From NCBI GenBank assembly GCA_963762565.1, contig CAVXLD010000012.1, positions 64,001 to 128,000 of the forward strand: a stretch of 64,000 nucleotides of DNA, in the 5' to 3' direction. The position numbers and the translations under genes were made by a program. The DNA comes from an uncultured Verrucomicrobiae bacterium (lineage in GTDB: Bacteria > Verrucomicrobiota > Verrucomicrobiia > Chthoniobacterales > JAFAMB01). Below the pieces are notes generated by a model. That model ran no database searches. It was not told the origin of the DNA and saw only the letters and a list, made by a program, of their open reading frames with translations. Below, piece after piece: positions 41,640-51,947 of the stretch (its first letter is position 1; every line of letters begins with the position of its first letter).

Positions 41640-42824
41640 CTATCCCCGTGCTGCGGCAACGACCAGTTTCGCGGCTTCGGCCAAATCTGCGGCTGCTCGA
41701 ATCGGGAGTTTCGATTCAGTCAAAAGTTTCTTGCCTTGATCGACGTTCGTACCCTCCAGCCGGACCACCAGCGGTACCGGAAGGGTCACCGCTCTCACGG
41801 CGTTAATGATCCCCTGGGCAATCACATCGCAGCGCATGATCCCTCCGAAGATATTCACTAAGATCGCCTTTACGTTCTTATCCGAGATCAAGATTTTGAA
41901 CGCCTCAGTGACCTGTTCTTCACTGGCGCCGCCTCCAACGTCCAGAAAGTTGGCCGGCCGGCCACCAGCGTATTTAACAATATCCATTGTCGCCATCGCC
42001 AGGCCGGCGCCATTAACCAAGCAAGCGATATCCCCATCGAGGCCGATATAGTTCAGGCTGAACTTCGACGCTTCGACTTCACGCGGGTCCTCTTCATTTT
42101 CGTCCCGCATCGCCACTACGTCGGGGTGCCGATACAACGCGTTATCGTCAAAATTGAATTTAGCATCCAGCGCGAGCACCTCACCGCTCTTGGTCACCGC
42201 CAGCGGATTGATCTCAACCATTGAACAATCCAGCGTGCTGAACAGCTTGTACACATTCAGGATGAGTTTTGCGGCCGCTTTCAATTGATCGCCGGAAAAC
42301 TCCAGATGCCGGGCAAGTTTGTATGCCATGAACGGCGGCATCCCTAAAAGCGGATGTATTTTCTCCCGATAAATCTTATCGGGCGATTTTTCGGCGACGG
42401 TTTCGATATCGACCCCGCCCTCGGTACTAACTACCACCACTGGCACGCCGCTTTCCCGGTCCAGCAATATCGCGAAGTACACTTCACGCTGAATCTCAAC
42501 GGATTCTGCCACCATGATTTTTCGAACCAGGCGACCATCAGGACCGGTCTGATTCGTCACGAGGTAGTGACCCAACATGTTCTGAGCAAGTTCACGCGCT
42601 TCGGCCGGAGTCGAACAAAGCCGTACACCGCCCTTAAGCCCATTCTTGAAAACGCCCTTGCCTCTACCTCCCGCATGAATTTGTGCTTTCACTACGAGAT
42701 GGGATGTCTTGAGATCAGTGGCTGCTTTTTCTGCCTCTTCCGGCGTATCAGCCGGCAAACCCTTCGGAGAGGCAACTCCGAAACGTTGGAAGAGTTCTTT
42801 TGCCTGGTATTCGTGGATATTCAT
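41640..42824 (-). CDS. sucC: Succinyl-CoA synthetase beta subunit
   Basis: [37 protein letters not shown]. Confidence 0.97.
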   Translation of the reverse strand: MNIHEYQAKELFQRFGVASPKGLPADTPEEAEKAATDLKTSHLVVKAQIHAGGRGKGVFKNGLKGGVRLCSTPAEARELAQNMLGHYLVTNQTGPDGRLVRKIMVAESVEIQREVYFAILLDRESGVPVVVVSTEGGVDIETVAEKSPDKIYREKIHPLLGMPPFMAYKLARHLEFSGDQLKAAAKLILNVYKLFSTLDCSMVEINPLAVTKSGEVLALDAKFNFDDNALYRHPDVVAMRDENEEDPREVEASKFSLNYIGLDGDIACLVNGAGLAMATMDIVKYAGGRPANFLDVGGGASEEQVTEAFKILISDKNVKAILVNIFGGIMRCDVIAQGIINAVRAVTLPVPLVVRLEGTNVDQGKKLLTESKLPIRAAADLAEAAKLVVAAARG

Positions 42825-42988
42825 GAGGAGAACGAAAGACGACCTGATCCGGCCGACCTGACGCCTACATAGGTCTGGCCGGGAATGGCGTCAAGTCACG
42901 TCCGTCAACGAGCGGGCGTGCCATGAATCCCGAGAAGCAATACGCCGACTAGAGCCGCGAACAGGTGTGAGCAAAAGAGAATCAATCC

Positions 42989-43238
42989 AACCGCAGATTA
43001 ACGCAGATATACGCAGATAAGATGGTTCGCTCCGTTCGCGTCGGGGAACTTTGGCTAGTTTGGGACGCGAAACAGGGAGATCGCTCCTCGTTTTCGCTAG
43101 GAAAGGAACGTTAGTCATCCAGAAATCGAAGACCGGTACTTCCGAATGAACCTCAATCGGAGCTGATATTATCTGCGTCTATCTGCGTTCATCTGCGGTT
43201 AGGGTTTTTCTTCGTGTTCTCTGTGACTCCGTGGTGAA
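42989..43238. repeat. CGCAGAT inverted-repeat element (family A)
   Basis: aaccgcagattaacgcagatatacgcagataa ... ttatctgcgtctatctgcgttcatctgcggtt, followed by ctctgtgactccgtggtgaa. Confidence 0.85.
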
Positions 43239-43248
43239 TATTTAAGAA

Positions 43249-43650
43249 ATGCCCCTTTTCGTTGAACAACGCGTCCTGGAACGGCTACATCGACTCGGGT
43301 TCAACGAGTCACAGTTTGCTGAGTTTTTCGCCCGATCAGGGGGACCTGGCGGTCAAAACGTCAATAAAGTATCGACGGCTGTGACCTTGCGGCACGTTCC
43401 CACCGGGCTATCCGTGACTGTCAGTGATTCTCGCTCACAGCACCAAAACCGGGCCATCGCTGCCCTTCGTTTGGTCGAATTGCTGGAACGTCGTGAAGCT
43501 GACGCCAGAAGCCGGCGAATCGCAGAGAAAGAAAAAGCACGCCGCCGACGCTCCCCGCGTCCACCAGCATTGAAGCGAAAGATACGGGAGATGAAAGAAA
43601 AGCGGTCGAGCACCAAAGAGCATCGGCGCGCGCCACGAAACTCGGAGTGA
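43249..43650 (+). CDS. Peptide chain release factor-like ribosome rescue protein (ArfB-like)
   Basis: [13 protein letters not shown] (GGQ), RSQHQN, strongly basic C-terminal tail; 133 aa. Confidence 0.88.
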   Translation: MPLFVEQRVLERLHRLGFNESQFAEFFARSGGPGGQNVNKVSTAVTLRHVPTGLSVTVSDSRSQHQNRAIAALRLVELLERREADARSRRIAEKEKARRRRSPRPPALKRKIREMKEKRSSTKEHRRAPRNSE

Positions 43651-43655
43651 CCGAG

Positions 43656-44094
43656 GACTGGAGGGGAGCCGCTTTCACGCGTTGCAGACCTAACGGTAGG
43701 AGCGGAGGAACCAAACCCGGACACACCGGCAAGTCTGTTTAACGGGCGGCTCCCGGAAACGGCTCCTGGCAAGAATTCACCCGCGGCGTTGCTCGATTTA
43801 AGACGACGTTCGCTGTTGCCATATCAGGAGCCATTCCCGGGAGCCGCCTGTTGAACACCCTTGCCGCTCTGGTGCTCGTGGCCTGCTAAATCTGCACGCT
43901 CGATTCGGCACAGGCGAAAGCGGCTCCCCTCCAGTCTGCTAAATCTGCACGCTCGATTCGGCACAGGCGAAAGCGGCTCCCCTCCAGTCTGCTAAATCTG
44001 CGCGTTCGATTCGGCACAGGCGAAAGCGGCTCCCCTCCAGCCTGCAAAATTTATGGCGCTCGATTCGGAACGGGCGAAAGCGGCTCCCCTCCAG
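43656..44094. repeat. Inverted-repeat element whose right arm is amplified to 4 x 53-bp tandem copies
   Basis: gactggaggggagccgctttc at 43656 is the reverse complement of the unit end; units start at 43883, 43936, 43989, 44042. Confidence 0.9.
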
Positions 44095-44680
44095 GCACCG
44101 TCAACATTCGTTCTACGTATTTGGCGATCAGATCGAATTCCAGGTTCACATGGTCGCCCGGTTTTCGTTGATGCAGGTTCGTGACCTGCCATGTGTGGGG
44201 AATAATCCACAAGACAAAGCGATTAGGGTGTAGTTCGGCGATCGTGAGGCTGATACCGTCAACGGCAACCGACCCTTTGAACACCACGTACCGCGAAAAT
44301 TCTTCAGGAAGAGCGATTTCCACTCGGTGATCGCCTCCGACGGGTTGAATGGATTCGACCGGAGAGGTGGTGTCGATATGCCCCTGCACCACGTGTCCGT
44401 CGAACCGGCCATTCGCCTGCATTGGCCGCTCTAGATTGATTACATCCCCTCGCTTTAGATCTCCGAGATTGGTTCGCCGCAATGTTTCGCCCAGCAAATC
44501 GAATCGAATCTCGGATCCGTTCACGCTGGTGACCGTTAGGCAGCATCCGTTTAAGGCTAGGCTAGCTCCGACCTCTAAGTCGGCGGCCAGCTCAGTGCCT
44601 ATCACCAGCTGGGTACCCCCATTTGAAGTCGGTTCCGCGCGTTCGATGTGACCGGTGGTTTCTACAATTCCAGTGAACAC
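44051..44680 (-). CDS. ribE: Riboflavin synthase
   Basis: MFTGIVE, NGCCLTV, INLER, GHVVQGHID, KGSVAVDGISLT. Confidence 0.96.
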   Translation of the reverse strand: MFTGIVETTGHIERAEPTSNGGTQLVIGTELAADLEVGASLALNGCCLTVTSVNGSEIRFDLLGETLRRTNLGDLKRGDVINLERPMQANGRFDGHVVQGHIDTTSPVESIQPVGGDHRVEIALPEEFSRYVVFKGSVAVDGISLTIAELHPNRFVLWIIPHTWQVTNLHQRKPGDHVNLEFDLIAKYVERMLTVPGGEPLSPVPNRAP

Positions 44681-44682
44681 GA

Positions 44683-44868
44683 GAGGTTCTAAGTTATCGG
44701 TTTTAAGTTTGAGGTTATAAGTTGAAGGTTGTGGCCTCCCTGGCGGTTCAAGGCTGGAAATTAGACGTTAAGGGCCGAACGTGCAAAATTGGCTATTTTC
44801 TGGATCAAGCATTGTCGATGAAGGCGCGAACTTCTAACGTTCAACTTATAACCTCTAACTTCTAACCC
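44683..44868. repeat. Inverted heptamer-array element (family B)
   Basis: 7-nt periodic arrays at 44683-44730 and 44829-44868, including perfect pair gaggttataagttgaa / ttcaacttataacctc. Confidence 0.75.
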
Positions 44869-44871
44869 TTA

Positions 44872-45810
44872 ATGGAACGTAACGGCTCCATCGAAAACGT
44901 CATCATCGTCGGCACGGGCTGCGCCGGATTGACCGCCGCAATCTACGCGGCCCGAGCAAACCTTTCTCCTCTTGTGCTGGAAGGTCGCGAGCCGGGCGGG
45001 CAACTCACCACGACCACTTTAGTCGAGAATTTTCCCGGATTTCCCGACGGAGTCGATGGCCCGCAATTGATTATGAACATGCACCGGCAAGCGGAAAAAT
45101 TCGGCGCCCGTTTCCTGTACGCTGAAGTCGACGAATTCGCACCCGGTACGGATCGTCACCGTCTCAAGATCGACGGTGAATGGTTGGAATCGAAGAGCGT
45201 GATTGTGGCCAGCGGCGCGTCCGCCAAGTGGCTTGGGTTGCCGAATGAGAAAGCGATGAAAGGTCACGGTCTGACTTCCTGCGCGACTTGCGACGGCGCA
45301 TTTTACCGGAACGTCCCGGTGTGTGTGGTCGGCGGGGGCGATACCGCCTGCGAGGAGGCTGTGTTTCTAACAAAATTCGCTTCTCAGGTTTATCTGATCC
45401 ATCGCCGGGATTCATTTCGTGCTTCGGCGATTCTGGCGGAGCGAACCCTGAATCATCCGAAGATAACACCGGTTTGGAATACGGTAATTACGGAGTACCT
45501 GGCAGACGAACGGGGCGAAATGCACGAGGTCAAACTCAAGAACCTCGAGACGAACCAGGAGTCAACGTTGGAGGTAAAGTGTGTCTTCATTGCGATCGGC
45601 CATACTCCAAATACCAGTGCATTTCGTGATTGGCTGCCAACGGACAAGAACGGCTATTTGATCAAGAAACTCGGGTCTAAGACCGAAATACCCGGGGTTT
45701 TCGCGGCCGGAGATGTGGTTGACCCCTACTATCGCCAGGCTGTCACCGCCGCCGGGCAAGGTTGTATGGCAGCGATGGACGCCGAGAAGTACCTGAGCGA
45801 GGATCATTAG
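44872..45810 (+). CDS. trxB: Thioredoxin reductase
   Basis: GGQLTTT..VENFPG, CATCDG, GGGDTA, HRR, AAGDV..YRQA. Confidence 0.96.
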   Translation: MERNGSIENVIIVGTGCAGLTAAIYAARANLSPLVLEGREPGGQLTTTTLVENFPGFPDGVDGPQLIMNMHRQAEKFGARFLYAEVDEFAPGTDRHRLKIDGEWLESKSVIVASGASAKWLGLPNEKAMKGHGLTSCATCDGAFYRNVPVCVVGGGDTACEEAVFLTKFASQVYLIHRRDSFRASAILAERTLNHPKITPVWNTVITEYLADERGEMHEVKLKNLETNQESTLEVKCVFIAIGHTPNTSAFRDWLPTDKNGYLIKKLGSKTEIPGVFAAGDVVDPYYRQAVTAAGQGCMAAMDAEKYLSEDH

Positions 45811-45970
45811 CCCGTAGCGAAAGCAGTCCATCACGGCGGCGATTCTCAATCGCCTTCGCCATTTCGAACGGGGCAAACTGGACCTTCGAAAATTTCTTCG
45901 CGGAAATTCTAGTTTTTCAATTATACCTCACAAGCTCCGAGATCCGAGGTTATCGGCCGTTTAGCGCCCC

Positions 45971-47125
45971 ATGAAGGTTTGCGATTTGACTCAATTTTAC
46001 TCCCCGTTCAGCGGCGGAGTGAAGCGCTACCTAGAAGAGAAGCGAAAATACGCGGTCGCCAACGGTCATCAGCACCTGCTCATTATCCCAGGCGACCAAA
46101 CCTCATGCTCGGAGGCGGAGAATAGTCGCACCTATTCCATTAAATCACCTCTCGTCTCTCGGACCTCCCGTTATCGAGCTCTATTGCACCTGGGCGCAGT
46201 GCAACAACTCCTACAGCAGGAACGACCGGATGTGATCGAGTCAAGCGACCCCTATCAGCTAGCCTGGAAAGCGATCGCTTCTGGACAAGCTCTGCGCATC
46301 CCCGTAGTCGGTTTCTATCACTCAAATTTCCCCGAAGCCTACTTCAGAACTACCTCAAAATTCTTAGGGGAAACAGCAACCGAGATTGTGATGGAGATGG
46401 CCAGAACTTACGTGCGCGCCCTGTACAACCATTTTCAGGCCACGTTCGTTCCCTCAGCCGCACTAGGTCAGGTATTAGGTCAATGGGGAGTCGAGAATGT
46501 GATCTTGGCCGAACTCGGCATCGACACTGATATTTTTCGACCAGGAAACGATCGAGACGCGACGCGAGCTCGGCTGGAGATCCCGGGCGACCGATTTCTG
46601 CTCCTTTACGTCGGGCGGCTCGCTTATGAAAAGAACGTTCGGACTCTGTTTGATGCTTTTGAGATCCTGAACACGGCGAACATGGGACGTTTTCATTTGC
46701 TGGTGGTTGGAGATGGCCATTTGCGAGATCAGCTTCGGGAACTTTCTAGAGGCACAAAAGCCGTGTCCTGGGTGCGGTACATCTCTGCCCAAAACGAGTT
46801 GGCGTCGGTCTACCGTGCTGCTGATCTGTTCGTACATCCTAGCGTACAAGAAACGTTCGGACTGGTAGCGCTCGAAGCGCAGGCGTGTGGCACTCCCGTA
46901 GTCGGCATCCGGGGAAGTTATATGGACCGAATTATTCTGAGCGATCAGACCCACTGGGCAGAAGAAAATTCTCCGGAGTCGCTGGCAGCCGCAATCCTCG
47001 AGTCAAAAAAGTTAGATCTGATGCAGATCGGCGAGGCCGCCAGTCAGCAAGTTGCCAAACGCTATTCTTGGCGTCGTGTTTTCCGCCAGATGTTTGATAT
47101 TTACGGGCGGCTGCGTGCCGGGTAG
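45971..47125 (+). CDS. GT4-family glycosyltransferase
   Basis: SGGVKRY, YVGRLAYEKN, ETFGLVALEAQACGTPVV. Confidence 0.92.
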   Translation: MKVCDLTQFYSPFSGGVKRYLEEKRKYAVANGHQHLLIIPGDQTSCSEAENSRTYSIKSPLVSRTSRYRALLHLGAVQQLLQQERPDVIESSDPYQLAWKAIASGQALRIPVVGFYHSNFPEAYFRTTSKFLGETATEIVMEMARTYVRALYNHFQATFVPSAALGQVLGQWGVENVILAELGIDTDIFRPGNDRDATRARLEIPGDRFLLLYVGRLAYEKNVRTLFDAFEILNTANMGRFHLLVVGDGHLRDQLRELSRGTKAVSWVRYISAQNELASVYRAADLFVHPSVQETFGLVALEAQACGTPVVGIRGSYMDRIILSDQTHWAEENSPESLAAAILESKKLDLMQIGEAASQQVAKRYSWRRVFRQMFDIYGRLRAG

Positions 47126-47348
47126 CGTTTGGCGTTTGGCGTTTGGCGTTCGGCGTTCGGCGTTCGGGCGTTTGGCGGCAGTCGCTCCGTGCCAACGTAA
47201 AAAAGCCGGTAGGCTGTAGCCCCAAGGGAGCAAAACTTTCCTTGCAGGCCATCTGCTTTAGAGAAGTATCAATGTGATGTCGCTCGCATCTTCGAACGCC
47301 GAACGCCAAACGCCGAATGCCGAACGCCAAACGTTGGACGCCGAACGT
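47125..47348. repeat. Inverted heptamer-array element (family B), (GGCGTTY)n...(RAACGCC)n
   Basis: Arrays at 47125-47178 and 47293-47348. Confidence 0.85.
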
Positions 47349-48059
47349 TTCGCTGTGCGCTCGTATCAGCCGGGCGATCGCCAAGCGGTCCGCGATCTTT
47401 GCTGTCAAACGGGCTTCCTCGGCAAACCAATCGATCCGGTCTTCGAGGACCACGAGTTGTTTGCTGACTTCTTAACTGATTATTATCTTACCTGCGAGCC
47501 CGACTCGGCATTTATCGTTACCATCGATGATGTGGTCAAAGGGTACTTGCTGGGATGCCGATACCCACGCCGGCATCAGATCTTTACCATTCGCCAATCT
47601 GTCGCTCTCGGTGCTAAAGCGCTGTTCCGTCTGCCGCGCTACAAAGCACCATCGCGCCGCTACATTCAGTGGATTGCAATGAACGCGTGGCGCGAGGTGC
47701 CCAGGGCACCTCGAGATGTGGGGCATTTTCACATCAATTTTTTGTCGGAAATCAAGCGGATCGCCGTGTTTCGCGCGGTCCTAGAGCACTATCTCCGTTT
47801 TCTAGCCGATCACGACGTCAAACAGATAAGTGCGCAAATGGTCACCTTTGACGATCGCCGAACTCTTCACTTGTTCGAACGTTACGGGTTCCGGGTCCTG
47901 AATCGCTCAGGAATCTCTAAGTTTCGGCGGTTCACCTCCGAGCCCGTCTATTTGTCTACTATCATCAAAGATATCGTTGAAAAAGACGGCAGGGTTCTCT
48001 ACCAAGTGGCCCCGGGGAGCCACCGCCACAATTCTGGATCGCGAACGAGCGGAGATTGA
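47334..48059 (+). CDS. GNAT-family N-acetyltransferase-like protein
   Basis: VRSYQPGDRQAV, DYY..EP, GYLLG, HFHIN, FERYGF; start TTG 47334 chosen because the upstream extension is repeat-encoded. Confidence 0.75.
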   Translation: MDAERFAVRSYQPGDRQAVRDLCCQTGFLGKPIDPVFEDHELFADFLTDYYLTCEPDSAFIVTIDDVVKGYLLGCRYPRRHQIFTIRQSVALGAKALFRLPRYKAPSRRYIQWIAMNAWREVPRAPRDVGHFHINFLSEIKRIAVFRAVLEHYLRFLADHDVKQISAQMVTFDDRRTLHLFERYGFRVLNRSGISKFRRFTSEPVYLSTIIKDIVEKDGRVLYQVAPGSHRHNSGSRTSGD

Positions 48060-48103
48060 GTCGGGCCGCAGGTGCTACTCAGACTTGACTCACTCAAATC
48101 TGG

Positions 48104-48727
48104 TCACCGGGACATTGGCGCGGTCGCGACCACTTTATCGACCAGGCCGTACGCCTTCGCCTCTTCGGCTGAAAGCCAGAAGTCGCGATCCATATCCACT
48201 AAAACCTCTGCCTCGTTCCTGCCGGTATGAAACGCGTAAATCCGGCTAAGGCGCCGCTTTTCTTTCAGAAGTTGTTCTACGGACCTTTCCATGTCGCTGG
48301 CTGAGCCTTGGGCGCCGCCAGACGGCTGATGAATCATGATATCGCAATTCGGTAACGCGTATCTCTTGCCCTTGGTCCCGGCGGCTAACAAGAACGATCC
48401 CATGCTAGCCGCCATACCCAGACAATAGGTGGCTACGTCGCAACTCAGGAACTGCATCGTGTCATAAATGGCTAGGCCAGCCGTAACCGATCCTCCGGGT
48501 GAATTGATGTAGAGACTGACGTCCTGATCCGCACCTTGAGTCTGTAAGAAGAGCAACTGCGCGACTACTAGGTTCGCCACAATGTCATCTATTTCCGTGC
48601 CGAGGAAGATGATCCGATCTTTTAGAAGACGGCTGTAGATATCGTACCCTCGCTCTCCCGAGCCGGTATCTTCGACGACCATCGGAACAAGCACCGGGCT
48701 AGCGGGTTCTTCACCTTCGTCTCTCAT
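48104..48727 (-). CDS. clpP: ATP-dependent Clp protease proteolytic subunit
   Basis: [29 protein letters not shown] (Ser), MIHQP (His), DRD (Asp). Confidence 0.95.
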   Translation of the reverse strand: MRDEGEEPASPVLVPMVVEDTGSGERGYDIYSRLLKDRIIFLGTEIDDIVANLVVAQLLFLQTQGADQDVSLYINSPGGSVTAGLAIYDTMQFLSCDVATYCLGMAASMGSFLLAAGTKGKRYALPNCDIMIHQPSGGAQGSASDMERSVEQLLKEKRRLSRIYAFHTGRNEAEVLVDMDRDFWLSAEEAKAYGLVDKVVATAPMSR

Positions 48728-48893
48728 GGCAGCAACTCTCCGACACAACACTTGGTTTTCAAGCAGGTGATTTTGGGGAGTGACGTGTAGCAACAACTTG
48801 AAACCCGACCCATCTGGGCAAAAATGCTCTTCACGTGGCGACCGAAACTCAATCGATCGCCAAGCTAAACTGCGCAACCCCACCCCATCACCG

Positions 48894-50528
48894 ATGCCAT
48901 CGACGGTAAAGAAGGTTGATGTTGTCTCCATCGTGATAGTCTTGGTTGGCGTCATCTTGGGTATCGCCCAGCGTAAGAACCTGCCAGCTGTGCCGCTTTG
49001 GACTCCTGACACCTGGGGTCACTTGAACCCGGCATTGTCCTGGCTCGGAGGTGACGGATTTCAGCAAACCCAAGGCCGTGACTGGCTCTATCCGGCGATT
49101 CTTGCCACAACCATCAGGTTCGGAGAAGGATTCAGCTCGATCGTCCGGCTCCAGCAATGCCTCAGTTTGCTCGCGGCACCATTGTTGTGGTTCGGTGTAA
49201 GGCTCTGGCTGTCGATCTTTCCGCGGCGATCCGTTCTCTACCATAGTGTTGCCGTTCTGCTCGGGGCCGTGGCTGCATTCGTGTACGTCTTAGGGACAGA
49301 TCAGATTCAGCTCGAGTTGACGATCGGCCCCGAAGGGCTCCTCGCCTTTTTCATCATAGTCCATTTCATCTGCTTTTTGGCTTATTTCAGAGGGCGATGG
49401 ATTACTCGCCAGCCCTCGTCGGCGATCGTTTTCGGCGGGGGAATGCTGCTCTCTTGCTACACGCTCATTCTGTTGAAGCCCAGTTGGAGCTTAGCGGTTG
49501 TCCCTGTTTTCTGCGTACTAGTTGCCGGCATGTTCGGATCTGGCTCTGGCACGATGCGGTTCGCGCCTGCTGCGGTCGGTCTACTTCTACTTGGAGCGGA
49601 ATACGCCTCGCCACATCTTCTTCAATTCAAACCAGATTTGGGTTCAAGGACGCTCTTGCCCTTCAATTTGATAGAAATACATGCCGGCCAGATTGTGGAG
49701 AACGCCAAGCGACATCACCTCTTGGAGGGCAACGAAAAGAGATCGGATAATACCGAAACTCGTTTTTACCCGGCATTGGAGCAAGCCTGGGAGGAGGCAC
49801 GAATTCAGCCTTTTCGCGTCCACACGTTGGGTTTCGACCCCGATTACATCCAGTATCATTGGAAGCTGTTTTCTGCATTTCAATCAGAACAGAAATTGAC
49901 TGACGACGAATTAATCAAGCTCTGTTACCATGCCTACTTCCGTGTCTGGCGAGAGTCCCCGGGCATCATGGTCGCTAAAATTGCAGGGCAGTTTTATCTT
50001 TTTCTGACTGCCCCCAGTAAGGATTTCTCGGCTCACGCATTAAGCAGGAGCCGCTTTCGGCAGAACGCAGCCGCATTGGGTCCTTCTATCAAGGAGTCAC
50101 TGGCAGAGGTTACATCCCGCGGATATACCGACGAGCCCGCTTACGCTCGTTATCTAGATGCCCTGCAGACAGTCTACGCGGAAGGGTTGCAGATAAATCG
50201 GGTAGCCTTCCAGCGCCACTTAGCTATCGCGTTCGCCAAACTCTCACTTTGGATTCAGGCAGCATTTTTCGCAGCACTCTTCTGCGTTATATGCGATAGA
50301 CGGTTCTGCGATCTGAGGCTCTCGGGATACGCCGCCGCTCTGGTAACTGCAGGGCTGTACGGAAACGTGCTCACGATTAGCATTGTGCACACTTTGGAGG
50401 TGGAGCGGTATCGAACTAGTTACGCTCCCGCCTTGCTGCTAACGCTGGTCATCATGACTGGGTTTCTAATCGGCTTTTGTGAACAGCTTTTCCAGCACTT
50501 AAAATTGAAAGTAAATAAACGGCCGTAA
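48894..50528 (+). CDS. Multi-pass membrane protein, possibly GT-C-like
   Basis: TPDTWGHL first-loop motif, many TM helices, GPE, KP, large soluble loop, ERY. Confidence 0.65.
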   Translation: MPSTVKKVDVVSIVIVLVGVILGIAQRKNLPAVPLWTPDTWGHLNPALSWLGGDGFQQTQGRDWLYPAILATTIRFGEGFSSIVRLQQCLSLLAAPLLWFGVRLWLSIFPRRSVLYHSVAVLLGAVAAFVYVLGTDQIQLELTIGPEGLLAFFIIVHFICFLAYFRGRWITRQPSSAIVFGGGMLLSCYTLILLKPSWSLAVVPVFCVLVAGMFGSGSGTMRFAPAAVGLLLLGAEYASPHLLQFKPDLGSRTLLPFNLIEIHAGQIVENAKRHHLLEGNEKRSDNTETRFYPALEQAWEEARIQPFRVHTLGFDPDYIQYHWKLFSAFQSEQKLTDDELIKLCYHAYFRVWRESPGIMVAKIAGQFYLFLTAPSKDFSAHALSRSRFRQNAAALGPSIKESLAEVTSRGYTDEPAYARYLDALQTVYAEGLQINRVAFQRHLAIAFAKLSLWIQAAFFAALFCVICDRRFCDLRLSGYAAALVTAGLYGNVLTISIVHTLEVERYRTSYAPALLLTLVIMTGFLIGFCEQLFQHLKLKVNKRP

Positions 50529-51947
50529 CCCAGTCTTTGCCAGCAACGCGACGGACAGTGTCGCCAGCACGAGAATAGAAAACGCCAATACGGGACTGAG
50601 GGCCGGCTTTTCGCGCCAGACGCGAAGTGAGCGAACCATGAACGTATCGCACACGATCGGCAATATCAGCAGCAGCCATGGGATCGCACCAGCTTGCTGC
50701 TGAAGAGGAGCGCTGGTGCTTCTGATAGAGAAAATACCGGCCACAAAATTCAGCGTGTCCTGAAAGTTGGATGCACGAAACGGGATCCAAAGCAGAAAAA
50801 CGATTATTTGGGTAACTACCCAACCAAACACCAGACCCGTGCTTAGCGAGAATTCACCATGCTGTTTTCGGTCCGAGGATCGTCCTCCGCGGACCAGTTT
50901 CTCCGCACACAGAACCGCGCCGTGCATACTGCCCCACATAACGAAGTTCCAGCTGGCTCCGTGCCAGAGCCCGCCCAACAACATGGTGCACATTAAATTG
51001 CGCAATTGCTTTAACAGGGACCCGCGGTTGCCACCGAGAGGAATATAAAGGTAGTCGCGCAACCAAGTGGACAGAGAGATATGCCATCGGTGCCAGAAGT
51101 TGGTTAGGCTGGTCGCACAGTACGGGAAATTAAAATTGTCAGGTAAGCGATAGCCGAAGAGCCGGGATACCCCGATGGCGATCAAAGAATAACCGTTAAA
51201 GTCGAAATAGATTTGGCAGTAGAACCCTAAGGCGCCCGCCAACAAGTAAATCCAGGAGAATTGCGCTGGCGCTTGAAACACCGCATCAACGAATGGGGCG
51301 ATCGCGTCAGCAAACACGACCTTATACAAGAAGCCCATTCCCACGGACTGCAGCGCCACGAAGAGATCCTCTCCGTCGAACGTTCTCTTCTTCTCTAACT
51401 GCGGTAGAAAGACGGTGGCCCGGACGATCGGCCCGGCAACGAGCTGGGGAAAGAACGCGATGTACAAAGCCACATCAAACAACGAAACCCTTCGATCCAC
51501 AGTTCCGCGGAAAGTATCTACCGCCAGCGTGATGGCGTGGAACGTATAGAAGCTGATCCCAATCGGGAGGATTACTCGGAAGAGAAGGTTCGATGAGACA
51601 ACGTGTACTCCTATGCCTTGGAGAGCCAGTATCAGGTTATCTTCAAAGAAATTGAAGTACTTGAAAAAGCCTAGGACCGCGAGTTCAACTCCGAGGCAGC
51701 ACCACAGATAGATTAAGGCGCGGCGCCGGTTTCCTTTTCTTCGCTCGAACAAAACTAAGCGGGCGCCGAAGAAGACGGATAGAATGACAAAGCTCAGTAG
51801 CCCCAGGAAACGCCAATCCCACCATGCATAAAAAACAAAGCTAGCTCCGACTAACAACAGCTTCCGCAGAAAGTTCGATGGCAGAAGCCAATAGGTAGGC
51901 AACACCAACAGCAGAAAACAGAGGAAGGATCCAGAGTTGAACAGCAT
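50499..51947 (-). CDS. MBOAT-family O-acyltransferase (AlgI/PatA-like)
   Basis: MLFNS, LPIGISFYTF, FFPQLVAGPI, FWHRWHISLSTWLRDYLYIPLGG, GLWHGA. Confidence 0.95.
   Translation of the reverse strand: MLFNSGSFLCFLLLVLPTYWLLPSNFLRKLLLVGASFVFYAWWDWRFLGLLSFVILSVFFGARLVLFERRKGNRRRALIYLWCCLGVELAVLGFFKYFNFFEDNLILALQGIGVHVVSSNLLFRVILPIGISFYTFHAITLAVDTFRGTVDRRVSLFDVALYIAFFPQLVAGPIVRATVFLPQLEKKRTFDGEDLFVALQSVGMGFLYKVVFADAIAPFVDAVFQAPAQFSWIYLLAGALGFYCQIYFDFNGYSLIAIGVSRLFGYRLPDNFNFPYCATSLTNFWHRWHISLSTWLRDYLYIPLGGNRGSLLKQLRNLMCTMLLGGLWHGASWNFVMWGSMHGAVLCAEKLVRGGRSSDRKQHGEFSLSTGLVFGWVVTQIIVFLLWIPFRASNFQDTLNFVAGIFSIRSTSAPLQQQAGAIPWLLLILPIVCDTFMVRSLRVWREKPALSPVLAFSILVLATLSVALLAKTGLRPFIYFQF

Noticed and set aside
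43883..44094. Possible CRISPR array
   Set aside because: The units are contiguous 53-bp copies with no unique spacers, and no cas genes are present.
48728..49012. N-terminal extension of ClpP to 302 aa
   Set aside because: Overlaps the divergent gene on the other strand; ClpP similarity begins near 48727.
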